Below, one piece after another: positions 50,317-60,473 of a stretch of DNA of 64,000 nucleotides (positions are counted from its first letter, which is position 1; every line of letters begins with the position of its first letter). The stretch lies in the NCBI GenBank assembly GCA_963789395.1, contig CAWBKP010000019.1:64001-128000 (forward strand), written 5' to 3'. The position numbers were made by a program, and so were the translations under genes. A model generated the notes under the pieces. That model was not told the DNA's origin. It did no database searches and worked only from the letters and a program-made list of their open reading frames with translations. Source of the stretch: an uncultured delta proteobacterium. GTDB taxonomy: Bacteria; Desulfobacterota; Desulfobacteria; Desulfobacterales; Desulfatirhabdiaceae.

Positions 50317-51377
50317 ATGGCAGATAGCGACCAGGAGAAAACCGAGCAGGCGACACCCAAGCGTGAGAGAGAAGCCAGGGAAGAAGGCCAGGTCATTCAC
50401 AGCAAAGAGGTTTCTTCAGCACTCATTCTTCTGGGCGCAATTGTCGCTTTTTATGCAGCCGGCTCCTGGATGGTTCACCGGATGGCCGGGGTGATGCAGC
50501 GATACCTCGGCGGTATGGGCGCAATTTCTTTAAGAGACGACTCGCTGCAGGCCCTGATAATCAATGTGATAAAAGACTTTGCGCTGATCGTATTCCCGGT
50601 GATGCTGGCAACGCTCGTCCTGGGGGTTGCTGCAAGTGTTTTTCAGGTCGGGTTTACGATCTCCACCAAGTCTCTATCGCCGAAATTTTCAAAGCTCAAT
50701 CCGATCAAGGGCTTTGGAAGACTATTTTCCCTGCGATCTTCCGTGGATGTCATCAAAGCTCTTGCAAAAATCCTGGTGCTGGGGGGGCTGGCCTATTCTC
50801 TGATTAAAGGCGAGACCAAGGCCCTGCCGTTACTCATCAGCATGGAGGTGATGGATATCTGGGCGTTTATCGGCAGGGTTTCGCTTCGAATCTGCCTCTA
50901 TACTTTTCTGGCCATGACCGCCATTGCAGCCCTGGACTACCTGTTTCAGTGGTGGCAGCATAACAGGACCTCCGCATGACCAAACAGGAAATCAAGGAAG
51001 AATCCAGGCAGACCGAGGGAGATCCCAAAGTCAAATCCCGTATCCGTTCGATCCAAATGGAAATGTCGCGGCGACGGATGATGGAAGGCGTTCCGGGTGC
51101 GACGGTCGTCATCACCAATCCGACCCACATAGCGATTGCCCTTAGATACGATTCTCATGACATGATGGCGCCCAAAGTGGTTGCCAAAGGCGCGGGCTTC
51201 GTTGCCGAAAAAATCAAGGAAATCGCCAGATCCAACCGCGTTCCTGTTGTTGAGAACAAGCCCCTTGCCCGCGCCCTGTTTAAAGCCGTGGAAGTCGGTG
51301 CCTATATCCCGCTGGAGATGTACCGAACCGTTGCCGAAATACTGGCCTATGTCTATCGACTGAAAGGGATCCGCTGA
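50317..51377 (+). CDS. flhB: Flagellar export protein FlhB, frameshift near 50965
   Basis: [14 protein letters not shown] and the NPTH autocleavage motif in the second frame. Confidence 0.95.
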
Positions 51378-51442
51378 TTCATTTTCAAAGCCCCCTAAAA
51401 ACGCCTGCTGATTGACTGAACGGAAACTCTGTTTTTAAATAA

Positions 51443-51584
51443 AAATTCGAATATCGAAATTCGAAACAATGTTCGAAATTACTAAATCAAATGTTCAAAA
51501 CGGTTTATTTCAAACGAACTGTTTAGGCCATTTTGACTCTGGAATTTGAATTTGTTTCGAATTTCGATTTCGATATTCGAATTT
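51443..51584. repeat. AT-rich inverted-repeat element built from 6-7 nt TTCGAA-type units
   Basis: Perfect 18-bp terminal IR AAATTCGAATATCGAAAT (51443-51460) / ATTTCGATATTCGAATTT (51567-51584). Confidence 0.85.
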
Positions 51585-51643
51585 AGGGTTTGAACTGATT
51601 TTTCGCTCAGACACAACCCGAATCCCTCCGCACTCTCTCTCTG

Positions 51644-51659
51644 TGGCACAATTCCTGCA
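51644..51659 (+). promoter_or_regulatory. sigma54 promoter of the flhA operon
   Basis: TGGCACAATTCCTGCA (GG-N10-GC). Confidence 0.7.
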
Positions 51660-51705
51660 TTGTTTTTCTGTAAATTCAACCCGTTTCCCTTTGTATCGGA
51701 AAGAC

Positions 51706-53812
51706 ATGGAAATCGCCACACAGAATTTGTTTTCAGGACAGATTGCCCGTTTTACGCGAAGCGCGGACATCTTAATGGCGGTAGCGGTCATCGCCATACT
51801 GATGATCATGGTCGTGCCGCTGCCATCCGTCATGCTGGATCTGCTGCTTTCTTTCAATATCACATTTTCATTGGTGATCCTGCTGGTCGGCATGTATATC
51901 CGAAAGCCTCTGGAGTTGTCCTCATTTCCCTCCATTCTTCTGGTGACCACCTTGTTCAGGCTCTCGCTGAATGTGGCTTCCACACGGATGATTCTGCTTC
52001 ATGGCAATGAAGGAACGGATGCTGCGGGAAAAGTGATCATGGCCTTTGGCAATTTCGTCGTCGGCGGCAATTATCTGGTCGGCGTGATTGTCTTTCTGAT
52101 TCTGGTCGTCATCAATTTTATGGTCATTACCAAAGGTGCGGGACGAATCGCTGAAGTTGCGGCCCGGTTTACCCTGGATGCCATGCCGGGCAAACAGATG
52201 AGTATCGATGCGGATTTAAACGCCGGACTCATCAACGATCAGGAAGCCAAGGTCAGGCGTCGACTGGTTGCCCATGAAGCCGAATACTACGGTGCAATGG
52301 ACGGCGCCAATAAATTCGTGCGGGGGGATGCCATCGCCGGCATTCTGATCACCCTGATCAATATTATCGCGGGCCTGGGAATCGGCGTTTTTCAGCACGG
52401 CATGAACTTTTCCGATGCCGCCCAGAATTATACGCTGCTGACCGTGGGCGATGGACTGGTCAGCCAGATCCCGGCCCTGATCATCTCCACGGCGGCAGGT
52501 ATTATTGTCAGCCGGGCAGGATCCGAATCGAGCATGGGAAAAGAAATCACTTCCCAGCTACTGGTTCAGCCCCGCGCCATCGGTGTTGCCAGTTCCGTCC
52601 TGTTCGGATTTGCCTTGATTCCCGGGCTTCCGACCCTTCCTTTTTTGACGCTTTCGGCTTTGACCGGCAGCCTTGCGTTTATCCTTTCAAAATCATCCCG
52701 GGCTGAGAATGAGAAGGAAGAGCAGAGAGGTCAGGCGGCAGCGGCCAAAGCCAGATCGCCTGAAGCGCTTAAACTCATGCCTCCGCTGGACATTCTCGCA
52801 CTTGAAGTGGGGTACGGTTTGATTCCGATGGTAGATGCCGCCCAGAACGGAGAGCTTCTGGAGCGCATCAAATCCGTTCGCCGGCAGATTGCCCAGGATA
52901 TCGGCATTCTGGTTCCGTCGGTTCATATTCAGGACAATATGCAGCTGAAACCGGGGGAATATTCGATTTTACTGAAAGGCAACGAAGTCGCAAAAGGCGA
53001 TCTGATGATCAATCATTATCTGGCCTTGAATCCGGGCATGACCCAGGAAAAAATAGAAGGCATACCTACCAAGGAGCCGACATTCGGGCTTCCAGCATAC
53101 TGGATAAAAGAGCAGGAAAAAGAAACTGTCATGGGAAAAGGATTTACGGTGGTGGATCTTCCGACAGTGCTGACCACCCACCTGACCGATGTCATTAAAA
53201 AACATGCGCATGAGTATCTGGGAAGACAGGAAGTCCAGCAGCTCCTGGATACGCTAAAAGAAGCTTATCCGCGGATTGTTGAAGAACTGGTGCCCAATCT
53301 GCTTCCGCTGGGAGCGGTGGTGAAAGTTCTTCAAAATCTATTGGTCGAACAGGTTCCCATCCGGGATCTGTTGACCATTTTGGAAACCCTTGCGGACTGG
53401 GCGCCGGTAACAAAAGATCTGGATATGTTGACTGAATATGTTCGACATGGTCTGGCCCGGACCATTACCCGTCTTTATGCCTCACCGGAAGGCAGCCTGA
53501 CACTGATGACAATGGATCATTCGATCGAGAACCTGATGCTGCAATCCCTTCAGCAGAGTGCTCAGGGCAGCTTTCTGTCCATTGAGCCGGAGATTACGCA
53601 GAAAATCATCAGGCAAATTGCCAGTAAACCTTGAAAAGTTTACTTCTCAGAACCTTCAGCCGATTATCCTGTGTTCAGCGCAGGTGAGATTGCATTTAAG
53701 AAAGCTGGTGGACCGGTTTATCCCAAACCTGGTGGTATTGTCCTATAATGATATTCTATCCAGTATTCGAATTCAATCCTTGGGAATAGTGAGACTGACC
53801 GATGCAGATTAA
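51706..53812 (+). CDS. flhA: Flagellar export protein FlhA, frameshift near 53628
   Basis: FRLSLNVASTR, RIAEVAARFTLDAMPGKQMSIDAD and GAMDGANKFVRGD motifs. Confidence 0.97.
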
Positions 53813-55276
53813 ACGATTTGAAGCGCCATCGATGACTGAGGCATTGCGGTTGATAAAAAAAGAATTCGGACCGGATGCGGTGATTCTCTCTGCGCGAAGT
53901 CTGAGTCGGGAAAAAAGCCTTTTTGGCATTAAAAAGCCCGCTGGCATTGAAGTGACGGCCGCAACCGACACCTTGAACGACGCCATGGAGACTCAGGCTG
54001 TAGAGACATGTGCGGTTTCCACCGCTGCAGGCGGGGTTCCCAGTGCGTTAAAAGGGCGGAAAATTTCTGTTCGCATTGATGATCCCATCGGCAAACAGGG
54101 CCTGATGAATACTATCCAGACGGGTTTGAAATCACTGTCCATGCGAAAAAACACGCAGTCGGGGTCTGATGGGCTGAAAGAAAGCTTCAAGGAAAAATTT
54201 AAAAGCCATTTTACGCGTCAAGGGGTGGAGGATTTTTTTATTCAAGAGCTGTTGGCGGTATTCACCCAAAAAATTCGGTTCGGAAATGGAATGGGGGAGC
54301 CAGGACTTTATTCAGGTCTGCTGGAGGTGTTTTCAGAAATGGGAATATCCGTAAAATTCCTGAAAACCGCGGCACCTGCCCGCAGATTCATGGATTTGTC
54401 GGTCCTGCCGGAGGCGGAAAAACTTCCGCCATGGCCCGGCTGACAGCAATTTATATTCATCAATACAGACAGAAAGTCGGCTGGATAACCTTTGACACCA
54501 ACCGGGTTGCCGCAGCCGCCCAGCTTCACGTTTATGGAAAGATTATCGGTGTTCCCGTCGAGTTGGCTGCCACTGTCAAGGAGCTTCAAATCGTCCCTGA
54601 GTCGTTTTTCAGCAGATGGATCATATTTTTATTGATACGCCTGGTATGGGAATCCGTGACCCGCGGCATGATAGCTGAAATGGCTGAAATTCTGAAACAT
54701 GCCCATATCGATAGGGTGCATCTTGTGGCCAGTGCTTCAACAAAAAATGAGGATTTGATCCAGATCGTGAAAGCCTATCACGCGTTGTCCGTAAACAGCC
54801 TGATTGTCTCAAAACTGGATGAAAGCCAGACCTATGGCAATGTATTCAATCTGCTGATGCGCTCCAAACTTCCAGTTTCCTATTTTACCAGTGGTCAGGC
54901 AATTCCGCAAAGCCTTGAAAAAGCCACGCTTGAAAAAGTTGCGGAACTGATTCTGAATCCGGACAGGGAAAGCAAGCCCTGGCATGTGCCGCCCGGAAAA
55001 ACAGCGGAAATCATTCCCTATGCCAAAAGCAATTCTCGCCGGTTCCGGGACCATTATGTGGCCAATCATAACTCCATTCTGTTTCATCATCCCGATTGTG
55101 CCTGGGCCAAACGCATCAAACCCGAAAACAGGATTGTATTTGAAAGCATTGAAGATGCGGCTTCAAAGGAATATATCCCCTGCAAAACCTGTTGCAGTCA
55201 TATTCCGGAGATTCAGGATACGGCCGAGGTCGAAGTGCACCGGGTCGGAAACGGCCAACCCTATTATTCAAGATAA
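53802..55276 (+). CDS. flhF: SRP-type GTPase FlhF with a C-terminal Ada-like Cys-rich domain, frameshifts near 54385 and 54600-54655
   Basis: MQIKRFEA...FGPDAVILS; GPAGGGKT, DTNR, DTPG, SKLDE and GQAIP motifs; tail FHHPDC...YIPCKTC. Confidence 0.88.
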
Positions 55277-55285
55277 GGTAATCAT

Positions 55286-56197
55286 ATGACGACGGGTTCA
55301 ACAAATAATGTCATCAGTCTGACGCGGAAACTGGCAGCCAAAAACACAACGGCCTCTGCCCAGTCGGAAAAAGGCTCCCGCACACGGGTAATCGCCATTT
55401 CCAGCGGCAAGGGAGGGGTCGGGAAAACCAATATCGTCGCCAACCTCGGCATTTCCCTGTCTCAACTTGGCAAGAAGGTCATGATTTTTGACGCGGATCT
55501 GGGGTTGGGAAATCTGGATATTCTTCTGGGACTGACGCCAAAATACAATTTTTCTCATGTCGCCCTTGGAGAAAAAACACTTTCGGAAATTATCGTCGAG
55601 GGGCCGTGCAATATCAAAATCCTTCCGGCTTCCTCGGGGATTCAGGAAATGGCCAATCTGTCCAAAGCACAGACCGCGGACCTTCTCAGTGAACTGTATG
55701 CGGTCATCGACCCCATTGATATCCTTCTGATCGATACGGCAGCCGGGATATCCTCAAATGTCATGTATTTCAATGCAATCGCCCAGGAAGTTCTGGTGGC
55801 GGTATCGCCTGAACCCACGTCCATCACCGATGCCTATGCGCTGATGAAAATCCTGTCCATCCGTTATGGCGTGAAGCAGTTCAAGCTGGTGGTCAACATG
55901 GTCAGTGATATTCAGGAAGCCCATGAAGTTTACCGGCAACTGAAGCTGGTTGCCGAGCGGTTCCTGGACATTGCCATCGAGTATATCGGCCATGTGTCCT
56001 ATGATAAAAACGTCACACGAGGGGTCAGGCAGCAAAAAGCCGTATGTGACCTGTATCCGGATACGCAGGCCAGCCGATGTTTCAATTCACTGGCCGTAAA
56101 ATTGTGCCAGTCGCCGCTGGCTGGATCTCCCCCCAAGAATACGCGGCTGTTCTGGCAGGAGCTGATCACCAATAAACAGGATTTCACCAGGCCGTGA
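55286..56197 (+). CDS. flhG: MinD-like ATPase FlhG/FleN
   Basis: SGKGGVGKT, DADLGLGN and PEPTSITDAYA motifs. Confidence 0.95.
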   Translation: MTTGSTNNVISLTRKLAAKNTTASAQSEKGSRTRVIAISSGKGGVGKTNIVANLGISLSQLGKKVMIFDADLGLGNLDILLGLTPKYNFSHVALGEKTLSEIIVEGPCNIKILPASSGIQEMANLSKAQTADLLSELYAVIDPIDILLIDTAAGISSNVMYFNAIAQEVLVAVSPEPTSITDAYALMKILSIRYGVKQFKLVVNMVSDIQEAHEVYRQLKLVAERFLDIAIEYIGHVSYDKNVTRGVRQQKAVCDLYPDTQASRCFNSLAVKLCQSPLAGSPPKNTRLFWQELITNKQDFTRP

Positions 56198-56245
56198 TGC
56201 GCTGTTTTGATTGCCGGATCACGGCTGCTGAAAAGAGAAGACGAA

Positions 56246-57006
56246 ATGAATCTATCTGCCGCAAGTATGACTGCAAGTCCTTATAGGGACGAGGAGATGA
56301 CACGGGGCCGGTTGATTACGGAATACCTTCCGTTTGTCAAACGAATCGTTCATCGAATGGCTGTTCACCTGCCCGCGCATGTGGATGTGGAGGATCTGAT
56401 GAATGCCGGTGTTATCGGGCTGATTCAGTCCATAGACCGCTACGACCCTGCAAGGGATAATACCCTGGCGACATTCGCATCGTTTCGCATTCGCGGCGCC
56501 GTATTAAGCGAACTTCGATCCCGGGATGTGCTTTCCCGCGGCAATCGGAAAAAAGTTCGGGAAATGCAGCAGACCTGGTTGATCTGGAGAAAAAACAAGG
56601 AAGAGAGGTTGAAGACTGGGAGGTTGCCAGGGAACTGGGGATGAGCATGGATGAATTTGACGGGTTGCAGCGTATGGCAGGCATTTCATTTGTCAGCATG
56701 GATGATATGGATTCTCCGTCAAACAGTGAAAAGGAAAAACTGCTCAGTCATTTTATGAGCGGTGATGATCAGGATGCGCTGATGTTGACCCGGGCTTCGG
56801 AGATCAGAGCGGCGCTTGCAAAAGCCATCGACGAGCTGTCTGACAGGGAAAGAATGGTTATTTCGCTGTACTATGTGGATGAGCTGACATTAAAGGAAAT
56901 TGGCGAGGTCATGAATTTAACCGAATCCAGAATCTCTCAGATCCATTCGGCCGTGATTATCCGACTGAGAAAAAAACTCGTCAAGAATGGCATCCTGGAT
57001 AATTGA
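56246..57006 (+). CDS. fliA: RNA polymerase sigma factor sigma28, frameshift near 56578
   Basis: EDLMNAGVIGL, RIRGAVL and ELTLKEIGEVMNLTESRISQIH motifs. Confidence 0.95.
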
Positions 57007-57046
57007 CAGGCATTGAGATCGGTAATGTCAAAATGTTCAAGGGAAC

Positions 57047-57060
57047 GTCAATAAAATGAC
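57047..57060. promoter_or_regulatory. FleQ-like palindromic box
   Basis: GTCAATAAAATGAC. Confidence 0.45.
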
Positions 57061-57075
57061 GTCGGGAGTGCAGTC

Positions 57076-57384
57076 ATGAATACAAATTCCATCGAGCGTC
57101 AACAGACCAATACCGGGATTGCATCCACTGCCAGATTGAAACGGATTCAAAAAGATCGGCAGCGCCGTCCGCCCGGACAGATGCGGCGAAATGGCCAGGA
57201 ACCTCCGGATTCGGATTCTGACCAAAATTCCGAACCCAAACCCCATTTTTTCTCCGGCGATATGCAAGAGGATATTTGCCTGAGAAATGAGATCGGGGAT
57301 ATTTTCAGGAAAACGGCCCTTTTGCAGCGGAATCAGCGGGCCAACGATCAGGAACAGGGACTGCAAGTTGATGTTGTCATCTAA
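57076..57384 (+). CDS. Hypothetical protein
   Basis: GGGAG RBS; 102-aa ORF filling the gap after fliA, ending GLQVDVVI. Confidence 0.5.
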   Translation: MNTNSIERQQTNTGIASTARLKRIQKDRQRRPPGQMRRNGQEPPDSDSDQNSEPKPHFFSGDMQEDICLRNEIGDIFRKTALLQRNQRANDQEQGLQVDVVI

Positions 57385-57405
57385 TTTTATTAAGGAAACG
57401 AGGCC

Positions 57406-57858
57406 ATGACACCTGCCACACTCATGAATTGGGAAGTCTATCTGGATGCAGCCGGGATTTGCTGCTGCATCTTGAGCGTTCTGTATCTCATCAGACTGAA
57501 ACATAAAGCTGCAACCAAAAACCGTATCCCGGATCCGGCCCAGCTGGAAGATATCGGCCCGTTTAAGGCTACGCCGTTAGATCTGCCTGCGAACATGACT
57601 TTTGACGGGGTACTGACCTCGATCACAAATGACTGCCGAATGACTGTTGATGCAGGAGGTAGGGCCAGGGGAACTGCTGCGGATCCTTATGATGAAGTCA
57701 GGCGGCTTCTGAACCTGGGAATGGCGCCGCATCAGATTGCAGAGCGGATAAAAATTCCCCGGTGCGAAATCGATCTGATTGTCAGTTTGCGCAGGATTCA
57801 GCCGGATACGGTTTCAGACAACCCAGCTGAAAAAGAATACAGCGCAGCTCTGGCATAG
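57406..57858 (+). CDS. Single-TM protein with a C-terminal HTH-like domain (DUF2802/FipA-like)
   Basis: N-terminal TM AAGICCCILSVLYLI; C-terminal YDEVRRLLNLGMAPHQIAERIKIPRCEIDLI. Confidence 0.65.
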   Translation: MTPATLMNWEVYLDAAGICCCILSVLYLIRLKHKAATKNRIPDPAQLEDIGPFKATPLDLPANMTFDGVLTSITNDCRMTVDAGGRARGTAADPYDEVRRLLNLGMAPHQIAERIKIPRCEIDLIVSLRRIQPDTVSDNPAEKEYSAALA

Positions 57859-57866
57859 TTTGTGCT
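57851..57866 (+). promoter_or_regulatory. sigma54 promoter of the flgF operon
   Basis: TGGCATAGTTTGTGCT (GG-N10-GC). Confidence 0.7.
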
Positions 57867-57950
57867 TCTATAAATTCGTAAGTTCCGGTGTTGATGAGTA
57901 ACCCATCTTATCAATGTGAGAATTTACGAATTTTTTATTGAGAGGTCGGC

Positions 57951-58703
57951 ATGAGTGGCGAAATATCCGGTATTTTATCTGGCGCTCGGGCTCAGGAAAT
58001 AAGGCTGGAGGTCCTGTCCAACAACATGGCCAATGTCAATACCGTGGGATTCAAGGGAGACCGGGTGTTTCGAATTCCCGCGACGTCTACGTCCGTCCCG
58101 GAAGAAATTTCCGGAGCATCCCTTGCAGACAACCCCCTGAGCGATTCTTCGAATCCGCCAGTCTGTACGTTTACCGATTTTGAACAGGGTCATATGAAAG
58201 GGACCGGAAATGCGCTGGATATGGCTCTGGACGGGGAAGGATTCTTCTCAATCCAGACGCCGCAAGGCATTCAATATACGCGAAAAGGAAATTTTGCTCT
58301 GAATTCGAATGGAACCCTGGTAACCCAGGAAGGATACCCGGTTCTGGGTAAAGGCGGCAGTGAAATTCTGATCTCCGGCCAGGAGGTTGTTGTGGGTGCC
58401 GGTGGTGCCATAGTTGTTGATGGCATAGAAGTGGATTCCTTCAATATCGTAGATTTTGAAAATAAAAAAGGGTTGTTGAAAAATGGCGATTCCCTCTTCA
58501 GCCCCATTGATCCCAATGATAAAGGTTCACCAGCGGAGAAGACCCTGGTTCAGCAGGGATTCATTGAAGCATCCAATGTGGATTCCATCAAGGCAATGAC
58601 CGAGATGATCGATGTGATCCGGGGATATGAATCCTATCAGAAGATTCTTCAATCCATGAATGAAACCAATAGTAAAACCAATGAAATCGGAAAACTGTCA
58701 TGA
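57951..58703 (+). CDS. flgF: Flagellar basal-body rod protein
   Basis: NNMANVNTVGFK, DMALDGEGFF, YTRKG and EASNVD motifs; precedes flgG. Confidence 0.93.
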   Translation: MSGEISGILSGARAQEIRLEVLSNNMANVNTVGFKGDRVFRIPATSTSVPEEISGASLADNPLSDSSNPPVCTFTDFEQGHMKGTGNALDMALDGEGFFSIQTPQGIQYTRKGNFALNSNGTLVTQEGYPVLGKGGSEILISGQEVVVGAGGAIVVDGIEVDSFNIVDFENKKGLLKNGDSLFSPIDPNDKGSPAEKTLVQQGFIEASNVDSIKAMTEMIDVIRGYESYQKILQSMNETNSKTNEIGKLS

Positions 58704-58800
58704 CAATCAATATAAAAGAAGCAGGTATTGATCGGCAATCAGGAGACCCGTTTCCTGCTTCGATCAGCGCCTGCTGCGTTCAATCCACAAGGAGGCCATA

Positions 58801-59589
58801 ATGTCCCGGGCGTTATCCATAGCTGCATCCGGAATGCAGGCACAGTCATTGAACATCGATGTGATTTCAAACAACCTTGCCAATGTCAGTACAACCGGCT
58901 TTAAACGCAGCCGGGCGGATTTTCAGGATCTGCTCTATCAAAACCTTCGTCCGGCGGGGGCCACTTCATCGTCCGGCAATCAGGTGCCGACCGGAATCCA
59001 GCTCGGACAGGGTACAAGGCCGGTGGCGACTCAGAAAATCTTTATTCAGGGGAATTATCAGAACACCGGAAATGAGCTGGATATGGCCATTGAAGGCAGC
59101 GGTTTTTTTCAGATCATGCAGCCGAATGGAGAAATCGCCTACAGCCGCGCGGGCGCTTTCAAACTGAACAGCGAGGGGAAAATCGTGACTTCGGACGGAT
59201 ACCCCCTGGAGCCTGAAATCACTGTTCCCAGCAACAGCATTTCGGTAACCATCGGAATGGATGGAACTGTGTCCGTGCTAAAGGCCGGAGAGAGTGCACC
59301 GTCTGAAATCGGTACCATCGAACTGGCACAGTTTCCGAATCCGGCCGGGCTCAACAGTATCGGCAGAAATCTCTATTTGAATACCGCTGCCTCCGGTGAA
59401 GTGACAACCGGAACGGCCGGCAAAGAAGGCAGAGGAACCCTGTCTCAAGGCAGTTTGGAGATGTCGAATGTCAGCGTGGTGGATGAAATGGTCAATATGA
59501 TTACCGCCCAGCGGGCTTATGAAATCAACAGCAAATCGATTCAAGCGGCTGATGAGATGCTGCAGATGGCCAATAATCTGAAACGGTAG
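58801..59589 (+). CDS. flgG: Flagellar distal rod protein
   Basis: [19 protein letters not shown] and [23 protein letters not shown] motifs. Confidence 0.97.
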   Translation: MSRALSIAASGMQAQSLNIDVISNNLANVSTTGFKRSRADFQDLLYQNLRPAGATSSSGNQVPTGIQLGQGTRPVATQKIFIQGNYQNTGNELDMAIEGSGFFQIMQPNGEIAYSRAGAFKLNSEGKIVTSDGYPLEPEITVPSNSISVTIGMDGTVSVLKAGESAPSEIGTIELAQFPNPAGLNSIGRNLYLNTAASGEVTTGTAGKEGRGTLSQGSLEMSNVSVVDEMVNMITAQRAYEINSKSIQAADEMLQMANNLKR

Positions 59590-59631
59590 CCCGGTCAATT
59601 ATCGCGTGCTTTAAATGAGCAGAGGAGAATC

Positions 59632-60444
59632 ATGATCATCAAGAAAATCGTCCGAAAACATCCGTGGTTGCGGGAATGGTTCGGGGTGGTCCTGTTTGGG
59701 GTAGTGACCATGCTGTTAATATTTGGTAATATCGGCGAAGCCGCCGAACCGAAATTGCCCCTCGTGGCCCATTCCGCAAAATCCGAAACGGAAGATAGCG
59801 CCTCCATTGAAATCACCCGGGAAATGATTGAGGATATCGTGGTCGATTTTCTGCATACGAAAATTCCCTGGGAAAAAAACCGGGTAACGATAAAAATCGT
59901 TCAGGCCAGCAACGGCTTGGTGCTTCCGAATCGGCCTTATTCCTACAAAGTGATTCCACCCAACAAAACCGTTTACTTGGGAACGGTTCCCCTGAGAATT
60001 GTTTTTGATGTCTTTGGACAGCCATCCAGAAAGGTGTCGGCAACCGTGAAGATTGGGGTGGAAACCGATGCCATCATTGTTCAGAAACCGATAGATCGAA
60101 ATCAGACCATTGAAAAAGACGATGTGACCATCGTATCAATGGATATGGCGGATCTGCCCTCCAATATCATTTCCCGCCTGGAGGATGCCGTGGGCAAAAA
60201 AGCACTGAGAGTCATAAATCCGAAAGAAGTCCTGCGCGCCGATATTATAGAAGAACCGCCGATGGTCAGGCGCAATGACGTGGTATCGATTGTCGCAGAA
60301 TCCGGATCGATACGGATCACAGCCACGGGAGAAGTCAAGGAAAGCGGGTGCAGGGGAGCACGTATCAAAGTGGTGAATCTGAGTTCCAACAAGGAAGTGA
60401 TCGCCCGTGTAATGGATTCCAAGATGGTTCAAGTGGAATTCTGA
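59632..60444 (+). CDS. flgA: P-ring assembly chaperone
   Basis: Signal-like N-terminus; SAF-like region; VRRNDVV...G..IKVVNLSS. Confidence 0.9.
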   Translation: MIIKKIVRKHPWLREWFGVVLFGVVTMLLIFGNIGEAAEPKLPLVAHSAKSETEDSASIEITREMIEDIVVDFLHTKIPWEKNRVTIKIVQASNGLVLPNRPYSYKVIPPNKTVYLGTVPLRIVFDVFGQPSRKVSATVKIGVETDAIIVQKPIDRNQTIEKDDVTIVSMDMADLPSNIISRLEDAVGKKALRVINPKEVLRADIIEEPPMVRRNDVVSIVAESGSIRITATGEVKESGCRGARIKVVNLSSNKEVIARVMDSKMVQVEF

Positions 60445-60473
60445 ACCGGCGTGTTTTGATTGAGGAGGTCGGG

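Noticed and set aside
50940..51000. Naturally split or programmed-frameshift flhB
   Set aside because: No slippery sequence is evident, and the break is indistinguishable from the many other indels in the window.
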